IMG/VR virus record: IMGVR_UViG_3300033148_008025
Span: 32,001 to 96,000 of that record
From: a virus
Reading direction: 5' to 3' (one strand)
Length of the DNA stretch: 64,000 bases
The number at the start of each line of letters is the position of its first letter. Within the stretch, counting starts at the first letter, position 1. The notes beneath the pieces were generated by a model. That model was not told where the DNA came from. It did no database searches and saw only the letters and a program-made list of their open reading frames with translations. This document shows positions 55,570 to 63,650 of the stretch, piece after piece. The translations under genes were made by a program, and so were the position numbers.

Positions 55570-58500
55570 GTGCCGACTATGGAAAGCTTCGATTACCAGG
55601 ACCAGTTCAACAGGGTTAAGAAGGATGTTATTGCATCCGTGACCAAGGCTCTCGATATCCAATCTGCTGGTGCAAACCGCAAAATGGTTGTCCATAAAGT
55701 ATGGATCGATGACAACAAAAACCCAGCAGACTGGGAGTCTCAAAAGCAGGCCGTACGAAAAGATAAGACTTGGGGAGTACCTGTCTATGCAACCGTTGAT
55801 CTCATTGACCGAAAGACCGGAGCGGTTCTTTCCTCTGAGGAAAGGATCAAGGTAGCCACACTTCCGAGGCCCACGAACCTCGGGAGTTTCATCATCGACG
55901 GAAAACACTATCAGGTTCAGTCTCAGCTTCGCCGCAAACCTGGTGTCTACACCGTTCAGAAGCGAAACAAACAACTCAAGACTGAGGTGAACATCCAGAA
56001 GCGCCCATTTGATATCGATATGGATCCGGAAACTCAGATCTTCAAAATGAAGAAAGCGGGTTCCGACCAGGCGTTTGCCTTGTATCCGATTCTCTCTAGG
56101 CTTGGAATCTCAGATGTGGCAATGGCTCGAAGATGGGGCAAAGACGTTCTCGAGGCAAACAAATCAATCAAGCCGAAGAACGCCGAGGTCTCAGTAAGAA
56201 AGGCTGCGTTGTTCTTTACTGGAAGCAACTTTGATTCTGCCGAGGACGCAGCAAATGCAATAAAGGAGTACTTTCAGGATACCGAAATAAAGCCAGAGGT
56301 GACCAAGTCAACCCTCGGAAAAGCGTATACGAAGGTTACGCCCGACCTCTTGCTAAGAGGATCAGAAGAGCTTCTTCGGGCAAACAGGGGAGAGCGCGAA
56401 GCGGATGACAGGCAAGCTCTTGAGTTCAAGAAAGTTCTCGGAATGAGCGACCTGATGAGAGAGAGAATGCTCCAAAGCGATGGGCAACTAGCTGGTGCCA
56501 TGTCCAAAGTAAGAGGCGGAATCTCCAGGAAAATCAACAACCGAAAGAAACCTGTCTCGGAAATCTCCAAACTCATAAAGACGAACGAGTTCACGCCGTT
56601 CTTCAACTCTTTTTTTAGCCAATCTTCGCTATCAAACATCACAGACCAAACTAATCCGATCACCATGCTGAACGGAACCGCCAAGATCACCGTACTCGGG
56701 GAAGGGGGGGTAATGGATGCCACCAGAGTTCGAGGCGAAGAGAGAGCTGTACACCCATCTCAGATGGGATTTATAGATCCGATCCATACGCCCGACTCTG
56801 GAAACATTGGACTGGTAATGAACCTTCCACTTGGAGTCACCAAGAATGGGGAGAATCTACAAACAAAGGTGATAGATCCGATAACTAAAAAAATCAGATC
56901 GATTACCCCGAGTGAAGCAAGAAACATGGTCGTAGCTTTCCCGGATCAGTATTCAAAGAAGACTGGAAAGTTCCTGGGAGACAAAGTCAGAGCATTTGTG
57001 AATGGGCAATTTGAGAACGTGTCGCCAGACAGGGTTGATGTCGTTCTTGCTAGCCCAAAGCAAGCATTCTCAATTGCATCAAATACCATCCCGTTCCTTC
57101 CTGCGGCACAGGGCGTTAGAGCGCAGATGGCAACCAAGATGCTTGAGCAGGCAATTCCTCTCTCGGAAAGAGAAGCTCCTTTGGTCCAGGTTGGACTTGG
57201 TAGAAGCACTATCGAGAAAAGCATAGGAGAGGGGTTCTCTGTCCAGGCGCTGGACGACGGAATCATAGAGAAAGTCGAAGACGGCAAGATCACGATAAAG
57301 ACCAAGGATGGAAAGGTGGAGCAAAAACTCTACACGAATATCCCGCTAAACAAAAAAGCGTTTCTGACGTCAACCTCGACAGTCAAAGAGGGGGATGCCG
57401 TCAAAAAGGGAGACGTTATCGCTGACTCGAATTTCACGAAAGATGGTCAGCTTGCACTTGGAACAAACCTTCGAGCAGCCTACATCCCATACAAGGGATA
57501 CAACTTCGAAGATGGAATTGTAATCACTGAGAGCGCGGCAAAAAAACTTACCAGCGAGCACATGAACGAGTTTGCATCATCCATAGAAAAAGGAATGGAG
57601 GTCTCACTTAAAGACTACATGGCATGGAAGGGTGGGGGGCTCGACCTCAGCCAGCGACGAAAACTTGACAAGGATGGGGTCATCAAAATTGGCGAAACTG
57701 TTCACAAGGGCGATGCACTTTGGGTCGGAACAAGGGAGAATAAGTATGACCCAGACTATATCGCAGCCAAGAAAATGAATCCCAACCAAGATCCTAAGAA
57801 GGCCTACAGGGAGGAGTGGACAAAGGATGGGTTAGGGGAAGTTGTCGACGTAGTCAAAAGCAACGGTAAGATCAAGGTTTACGTGAAGTCTAAGGAGGCT
57901 GCGGTCATAGGTGATAAGCTCACAAATCGTCACGGCGGAAAAGGAATTGTAACCAAAATTATCCCGGACGGAGAAGCACCTTATACAGCAGACGGAAGAG
58001 CTGTCGATATCCTGCTCAACCCTCACGGCGTCGTGAGCAGAATCAATCCTTCCCAGATCCTCGAAACAGCAGCAGCCAAAATTGCCGACCTCGAAGGCAA
58101 GCCGTATGTTGTCGAAAACTTTTCCGGCGAAAATTACACGGAGTCTGTAACGAAAGCTGTCAAGAAGGCAGGCATCTCAGATACTGAAACCCTGTATGAC
58201 CCGCACACAAAGAAAGCACTCGGTGATGTTCTTGTTGGCCCCCAGTACACCCTGAAGCTTTCAAAGCAGGCAACGTCTCAGTTCTCTGCACGCTCTGAGG
58301 GGAAGTACGATGCAGATCTTGCTCCGCTCAAGGGTGGAGAAGATGGTGCAAAAGCCCTCGACATGTTGACGTTCTACTCGATGCTTTCGCATGGCGCTCG
58401 TTCAAACATTAGGGAGATGGCAACATACAAAGCAACCGAGAACAAAGAGTTCTGGCGATGGGTCGAGAGAGGGGCCTCGTCCGGAATGATTACGCCTCCG

Positions 58501-61500
58501 CCAGAACCAACTCTTGCATACAAGAAGTTCGAAGCCTACATGAAGGGCGCCGGTGTCAACATGGAACGACGTGGGTCAAAGATGGTGCTTGGGCCAATGA
58601 CCGACGAGATGACAGACAAGATCAGTAATGGGAAAGTTCGAGATGCAACATTCCTTCGAGCGAAAGATCTGAAGTACGAGCGCGGCGGACTGATGGATCC
58701 AAACATATTCGGCCAAGGCGACAAGTGGGGACACATCGAACTTGCCGAATCCATTCCAAATCCAGTCTTTGAAAAACCAATCAAAGTACTCACCGGCATA
58801 GATGACAGAACATTCAAGGCAGTGGTCAAAGGCGAAAGATTCTTAGACCCTAAAACCAATGAGTGGAATGAAAAGAAAGGGCTTACTGGTGGCGAAGCCA
58901 TCTCTCATTTACTGAAGCAGGTTGACGTAGATAAAGAAATTGCCATCTGGACAGACAAAGCAAAAGGAGCGGCCTACAAAAAAAGGAAGGACGGGACTCG
59001 AACGGAGGACGAACTGAACACTGCCAATAAAAGGCTTCGCTATCTTCATGCCCTCAAGAAACTAAACATGTCCCCGGACAAGGCTTACATCCAAAAGAAA
59101 ATTCCAGTTGTCCCAACGCAGTTTAGGAAGATCATCGAAATGGAGGGAGGCAACCTCTCCAACGCCGGACTCAACTCTCTGTACCGAGATGTTGGTTTGA
59201 TTAGCGACCAGCTCAAGTGGCAGAAAACCGTCGACTACATGCCCGAGTCCGTAAAGGCGGAGCTTAGGGAGAATCTGTACGGAAGTGTGAAGGCCGTAGC
59301 TGGACTCGGAGAGCAGGTGAGGCGAGGAGGAAGTCAGAAAGCTGACAAGCGTCCAAGGGGCATCATCGAACAACTAAAAGGAAAGAAAGCAAAAGAAGGG
59401 TTCTTTCAGCGGAAGGTTTTGCGCAGAACGCAGAACCTCGTCGGGAGAGGAACGATCATTCCAGATCCGAAGCTCGGGGTTGACGAGGTCGGCCTCCCGA
59501 AAGAAATGTCCTGGACACTGTTCGAGAAGTTTGTAACTCGACGCCTAGTCAATAGTGGGTACAAACCGAATGATGCAATCGAGGCAGTAAACAATCGAAC
59601 CCCTGCAGCACTATCTGCCCTGCAAGCGGAGATGGAAAGCAGGCCGGTAATGCTCAACAGGGCACCGTCACTCCATAAGTTCTCTATCCAATCGTTCAAA
59701 CCAAGAATGGTCGATGGAAAAGCGATCAAGATCCCTCCACTCATTGTCGGAGGCTTCAACGCCGACTTCGATGGAGACGCAATGACTGTGCACGTTCCAG
59801 TACTCAGCGACTCAGTGGCCGAGGCTAAGAAGATGCTCCCATCTAGGAACCTGTACAGTCCCGGAACTGGCGACATCATGATCAAACCCCAGAATGAAGC
59901 CGCCCTAGGGCTGTATCAGATGTCAATCGATCCAAAGCTCAAGGGGAAGATCTTAGAAGAACTTCCCGAGAAGACCAGAGCCAAATTCGAAAACCGTCCA
60001 CTCGATAAGAAGGGGCTTGGAGATCTGATGAAGAGCCTCGCAATCGAAAGTCCGGATGGGCATGGTGCGGTTGTCGACAAGCTCAAGCTTATGGGTGACG
60101 ACCACACATACAAGACTGGATTCACAGTCAGCCTGAAAGACTTGTCCCCGGTTCTTCCTGAGAGGAATGCAATATTCGCAAGAACGAAAAAAGACCTAGC
60201 GGGAATTGATACTAAAACCAGGAAAGGAAGAGAGGAAGCATCTGCTTTAATTTCCGCCGCAGACAAAGAACTGGAAGCCGTCTTAGCCAGTCGCCTCGAT
60301 GAGCAAGGAAACAGTTTTCGACTAATGGTGAGATCTGGCGCTCGAGGGAACATGCAGCAGCTCAAGCAGATCCTATCTGCTCCGTTTGCCGTTCCAGACC
60401 ATAGGGGGCAAGTGCTGGCAGAACCGATTACAACATCCTTTGCCGAAGGGCTGCCATTCTCGGATTACTGGAACACGCTATATGGGGCGAGGGCTGTTGC
60501 AACGGATAAGCAACTCCAAACCCAATTGCCGGGGGCATTCAACAAAGACATCATGGCCTCTTCCGTTACCAACGTGATCTCCGGCGCGGATTGTGGGGTT
60601 AATCGAGGAGTGAAGATTTCACTCAAGAGTAAAATCGATGACGCAGAAGATCGTTACCTGGCCAAGGACATAAGTGTTGGCGGAACAGTTGTTGCCAGAG
60701 CGGGAACGCTTATGAGTACTGGACTGCTCAACACGCTGCGAGACCGAAAAGTCGACAACGTGGAAGTTCGCTCTCCACTCACCTGTAATAAGCCGAAGGG
60801 TACATGCGCAAAATGCTTTGGACTCAACGAGAGTGGAAATCTATCTCAGATTGGGGACAACATTGGAGCTACCGCCGGCCAGGCTCTGTCTGAACCATTG
60901 ACCCAGATGACACTGAGAACCTTCCACCAGGGAGGTGTTGCTGGAGGGCGAGGTGTTGTGAGCGGATACGACAAAATCGACAAGCTCTTTAAGATGCCAA
61001 AGATCAAAAGAGGAAAAGCCACCCTTGCCAAAAGTGATGGAGTCATTGAAAGCGTAAAAAATGCACCTGGTCGAACAGGGAAAAACATCAAAATCAGTGG
61101 CTATAGAAAAACTCATTTTGTTGAAAACGATCTGTGGAACAGCAACAAAGCTCGCGTTGGGAAGAATGTTTTCAAGGGGGACATCCTCTCCGACGGACTT
61201 GTTCAGCCACAGGAACTCGTCGAATTAAAAGGAATGCAGAGTGCACAAGAATACCTTGTCGATGAGATTCAAGATGCCTACGGATCTCAGGGAGTGAAGC
61301 TGAAAAGAAAGACTGTAGAAACAGTAATCAGGGCAGTTGCGAACACCACAAAGATCCACGACGCAGGCGACAGCAACTTCCTCATCGGCGATGTTGCACC
61401 ATGGACGGTTGTGGAGGATTACAACCGGAGATCTCTAGGTAAAAAAGGACTCGATGAGATTATCGGACTTGCCCTCAAAGAGGACGTTCCTGGCATCAGA

Positions 61501-61800
61501 AAGAATACGATTATCTCCGAGAAAATTCGAAGCACGCTGGAGCGCATGGGCAAATCGGAAGTTGAGGTGGGACCGCGTCCAATCGGGCACGAGCCGTTCC
61601 TGAAGGGGATTGAGCAGATTCCAATGTTGCGCAAAGACTGGATGAGCCAGATGGGATACCGGAACATAGAAAAGGCGATCACTGAGGGTGCTGCTACTCT
61701 TTCAGAGTCCGACATCCACGGGTATGCGCCGGTCCCAGCATTTGCCTACGGAGCCGAATTTGGGCTACCTGGCGGAGGAAAAGAGGAGGGAAGTTACTAA
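55570..61800 (+). CDS. rpoBC: fused beta-beta' multisubunit-type DNA-directed RNA polymerase (2076 aa)
   Basis: Beta motifs: GSFIIDG...SQLRRKPG, VHPSQMGFIDPIHTPD, GYNFEDGI, GDKLTNRHGGKG, LNPHGVVSRIN. Beta' motifs: GHIELA, LNRAPSLH, NADFDGD (59758-59778), SGARG, CNKPKGTCAKCFG, EPLTQMTLRTFH. No stop at the junction near 58560-58590. Confidence 0.97.
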   Translation: MPTMESFDYQDQFNRVKKDVIASVTKALDIQSAGANRKMVVHKVWIDDNKNPADWESQKQAVRKDKTWGVPVYATVDLIDRKTGAVLSSEERIKVATLPRPTNLGSFIIDGKHYQVQSQLRRKPGVYTVQKRNKQLKTEVNIQKRPFDIDMDPETQIFKMKKAGSDQAFALYPILSRLGISDVAMARRWGKDVLEANKSIKPKNAEVSVRKAALFFTGSNFDSAEDAANAIKEYFQDTEIKPEVTKSTLGKAYTKVTPDLLLRGSEELLRANRGEREADDRQALEFKKVLGMSDLMRERMLQSDGQLAGAMSKVRGGISRKINNRKKPVSEISKLIKTNEFTPFFNSFFSQSSLSNITDQTNPITMLNGTAKITVLGEGGVMDATRVRGEERAVHPSQMGFIDPIHTPDSGNIGLVMNLPLGVTKNGENLQTKVIDPITKKIRSITPSEARNMVVAFPDQYSKKTGKFLGDKVRAFVNGQFENVSPDRVDVVLASPKQAFSIASNTIPFLPAAQGVRAQMATKMLEQAIPLSEREAPLVQVGLGRSTIEKSIGEGFSVQALDDGIIEKVEDGKITIKTKDGKVEQKLYTNIPLNKKAFLTSTSTVKEGDAVKKGDVIADSNFTKDGQLALGTNLRAAYIPYKGYNFEDGIVITESAAKKLTSEHMNEFASSIEKGMEVSLKDYMAWKGGGLDLSQRRKLDKDGVIKIGETVHKGDALWVGTRENKYDPDYIAAKKMNPNQDPKKAYREEWTKDGLGEVVDVVKSNGKIKVYVKSKEAAVIGDKLTNRHGGKGIVTKIIPDGEAPYTADGRAVDILLNPHGVVSRINPSQILETAAAKIADLEGKPYVVENFSGENYTESVTKAVKKAGISDTETLYDPHTKKALGDVLVGPQYTLKLSKQATSQFSARSEGKYDADLAPLKGGEDGAKALDMLTFYSMLSHGARSNIREMATYKATENKEFWRWVERGASSGMITPPPEPTLAYKKFEAYMKGAGVNMERRGSKMVLGPMTDEMTDKISNGKVRDATFLRAKDLKYERGGLMDPNIFGQGDKWGHIELAESIPNPVFEKPIKVLTGIDDRTFKAVVKGERFLDPKTNEWNEKKGLTGGEAISHLLKQVDVDKEIAIWTDKAKGAAYKKRKDGTRTEDELNTANKRLRYLHALKKLNMSPDKAYIQKKIPVVPTQFRKIIEMEGGNLSNAGLNSLYRDVGLISDQLKWQKTVDYMPESVKAELRENLYGSVKAVAGLGEQVRRGGSQKADKRPRGIIEQLKGKKAKEGFFQRKVLRRTQNLVGRGTIIPDPKLGVDEVGLPKEMSWTLFEKFVTRRLVNSGYKPNDAIEAVNNRTPAALSALQAEMESRPVMLNRAPSLHKFSIQSFKPRMVDGKAIKIPPLIVGGFNADFDGDAMTVHVPVLSDSVAEAKKMLPSRNLYSPGTGDIMIKPQNEAALGLYQMSIDPKLKGKILEELPEKTRAKFENRPLDKKGLGDLMKSLAIESPDGHGAVVDKLKLMGDDHTYKTGFTVSLKDLSPVLPERNAIFARTKKDLAGIDTKTRKGREEASALISAADKELEAVLASRLDEQGNSFRLMVRSGARGNMQQLKQILSAPFAVPDHRGQVLAEPITTSFAEGLPFSDYWNTLYGARAVATDKQLQTQLPGAFNKDIMASSVTNVISGADCGVNRGVKISLKSKIDDAEDRYLAKDISVGGTVVARAGTLMSTGLLNTLRDRKVDNVEVRSPLTCNKPKGTCAKCFGLNESGNLSQIGDNIGATAGQALSEPLTQMTLRTFHQGGVAGGRGVVSGYDKIDKLFKMPKIKRGKATLAKSDGVIESVKNAPGRTGKNIKISGYRKTHFVENDLWNSNKARVGKNVFKGDILSDGLVQPQELVELKGMQSAQEYLVDEIQDAYGSQGVKLKRKTVETVIRAVANTTKIHDAGDSNFLIGDVAPWTVVEDYNRRSLGKKGLDEIIGLALKEDVPGIRKNTIISEKIRSTLERMGKSEVEVGPRPIGHEPFLKGIEQIPMLRKDWMSQMGYRNIEKAITEGAATLSESDIHGYAPVPAFAYGAEFGLPGGGKEEGSY

Positions 61801-62129
61801 TGGACGAAATAAGAAAACTGGCTGAGAGTTCACTGCAGGAGGCTGTGAGCATAGCTAGGCTCGCGGGGGGCGCCGGGATGAGGATTAAGCTTGGAGCTGC
61901 CCTACCCAAGCTCCCGAGTGCTGCGCAGCAGCTTAGGGCTACTGCGAGCTCCTCTTGGAGGATGGGAGCCTCGCCGCCAAAGCCGAAGTCTATGCGTCCA
62001 AACGGACGCATAGGAGATCCGGCTAGGACCAGGTCGCCAGCCAAGCCTCCAAGCAAGAAGGCATTTTACCGAGACATGGTTCTCGGAATGGACCCGAGTT
62101 ATGGCAACCGTATGGCTGTCAAAGGCTAA
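61800..62129 (+). CDS. small basic protein with DEIRKLA leader, coupled to the RNAP gene
   Basis: TAATG overlap with the RNAP stop; Pro/Arg/Lys-rich. Confidence 0.55.
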   Translation: MDEIRKLAESSLQEAVSIARLAGGAGMRIKLGAALPKLPSAAQQLRATASSSWRMGASPPKPKSMRPNGRIGDPARTRSPAKPPSKKAFYRDMVLGMDPSYGNRMAVKG

Positions 62130-62134
62130 AAAAA

Positions 62135-62638
62135 TTAGCTTGGTGGCAGTAGGTAGCCTACGCAAGCATCGTCAGCACCCTTCGTTCCCATCTCAACACA
62201 CGAAAGTTCACTATTGGTGTCGCTGTCATCTGGAGCCGTAACAAACCATCGACAACCCCTGCACTTCGGAACAGAGCCTGAGCACACTGATTGTCGATAG
62301 TCGTCTGACATGTTCGCCTTACCATCTCCTCGCAAGAAATATTCTCGTAGTCTTTCTCGAGCCTGTGGTTCTAGGTCCTTCATGTCCATCCGGTTGATTA
62401 TTAGATAATCCCTGAAATTCCGTAAATTCCTTTTGGGAATATCAATCCCGTGATGTTTTAGAATACGGGCAAGTTTGACCAGACTCCCCGTCTCAGTACT
62501 TCTCCTGATAATCTTCGCAAGACTAGCATCTTGCTCTGCAGTTATTTGAAGTCGAGTTTCCACTGACTTCGAAATCTTTTCATCGAAGTCATGCAGCATC
62601 TTTTCCTGAGAAGAGGTGGAACCGTCTGGCTGTTTCAT
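62135..62638 (-). CDS. hypothetical protein with C-terminal Cys cluster
   Basis: C...CRGCRWF...C...C. Confidence 0.65.
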   Translation of the reverse strand: MKQPDGSTSSQEKMLHDFDEKISKSVETRLQITAEQDASLAKIIRRSTETGSLVKLARILKHHGIDIPKRNLRNFRDYLIINRMDMKDLEPQARERLREYFLRGDGKANMSDDYRQSVCSGSVPKCRGCRWFVTAPDDSDTNSELSCVEMGTKGADDACVGYLLPPS

Positions 62639-62648
62639 AGCTGAGATG

Positions 62649-63128
62649 CTACCTCAGAACAAGCTCCGCGTACTCAATCAGATCGTCTTTGGACATCTGT
62701 CGAACTCGCTCCAACTCGTTGTGAAGTGAAGCCCGTGGACACCTTTCAATCAGGTGCCATGAGCTTGCTATCGAACCCAGCAGGCTGCTGGAATCGCAAT
62801 CGCGCCCAACTAGCATGTCTTCAAATCCGTAGGCACCAACAAAGTGCTCAACATCATCAAAGTCTACGCCTGCCGATTCTATTTTCTTGTTTACCATCGA
62901 GTGCATCTCGAAGGTGTGCTCGTCTTCACTGGCAACCCTAAGCATCGCAAGACACTTAGGGGCCAGATCCCACGGAACACACCCAGAAAACACACCGTTG
63001 CTTCCCTCGAGAACGAACTTAACACCATCGCTCCCGACGAACATTTTTCCTCGCGGACATTCTGCATCCGCCTTGGACTTACTGAGGACTGTAAACGCAA
63101 TCATTGTTTGTGGAACCTCTGTTTGCAT
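62649..63128 (-). CDS. hypothetical protein
   Basis: ATG at 63128, 4 nt after the ssb stop. Confidence 0.65.
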   Translation of the reverse strand: MQTEVPQTMIAFTVLSKSKADAECPRGKMFVGSDGVKFVLEGSNGVFSGCVPWDLAPKCLAMLRVASEDEHTFEMHSMVNKKIESAGVDFDDVEHFVGAYGFEDMLVGRDCDSSSLLGSIASSWHLIERCPRASLHNELERVRQMSKDDLIEYAELVLR

Positions 63129-63132
63129 TTTT

Positions 63133-63555
63133 CTAGAATGGGATATCGGAATCACTACTACCACCACCGAAGTCTGGTGGAGGCCCATCATTGCGACTGG
63201 ATGAATCCGATCTACTTTCTCCATCTTTCTTGCCTGGGATAAAGGCCCAGCTTGTGCATACAGTTTCAGTGGAATATCTCTTGTTTCCGTCCTTGTCCTC
63301 CCAGGAGCGAGTCTGCGTTTTCCCTTCTAGGTAGATGCCGTCTCCCTTCTTGAAAAACTTGGCGATGGTCTCGCCACTCTTCCCCCAACAAACAATCCGA
63401 TGCCACTCGGTTCGCTCCTGCTTTTCCCCTTCTTTATCTTTCCACTCATCCGATGTCGCCACCGAGAAGTTGGTTACGGAACTCTCCCCGATTTGCCTCG
63501 TCTCTGGGTCCTGCCCAAGACGACCCATTACGATATGTTTGTTAATACCTGACAT
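63133..63555 (-). CDS. ssb: single-stranded DNA-binding protein
   Basis: NKHIVMGRLGQDPE, FSVATS, ERTEWHRIV, IYLEGK.QTRSW, C-terminal DIPF. Confidence 0.95.
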   Translation of the reverse strand: MSGINKHIVMGRLGQDPETRQIGESSVTNFSVATSDEWKDKEGEKQERTEWHRIVCWGKSGETIAKFFKKGDGIYLEGKTQTRSWEDKDGNKRYSTETVCTSWAFIPGKKDGESRSDSSSRNDGPPPDFGGGSSDSDIPF

Positions 63556-63606
63556 TGTTCTGCATTTCTTTCCCCGGACAATCGACCGGATTTTCTTGTT
63601 CATTAA

Positions 63607-63615
63607 CCTTATGCC
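63607..63615 (-). promoter_or_regulatory. GGCATAAGG motif
   Basis: Exact copy about 52 nt upstream of the ssb ATG. Confidence 0.65.
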
Positions 63616-63650
63616 ACTGAACGAGACGTGCTTAAGGTACTATCCAACAC

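Noticed and set aside
55570-61800. Host chromosomal rpoBC, or an intein/intron in the RNAP
   Set aside because: There are no flanking ribosomal protein genes, the sequence is strongly diverged and the context is phage. I saw no intein splice motifs or homing endonuclease insert.
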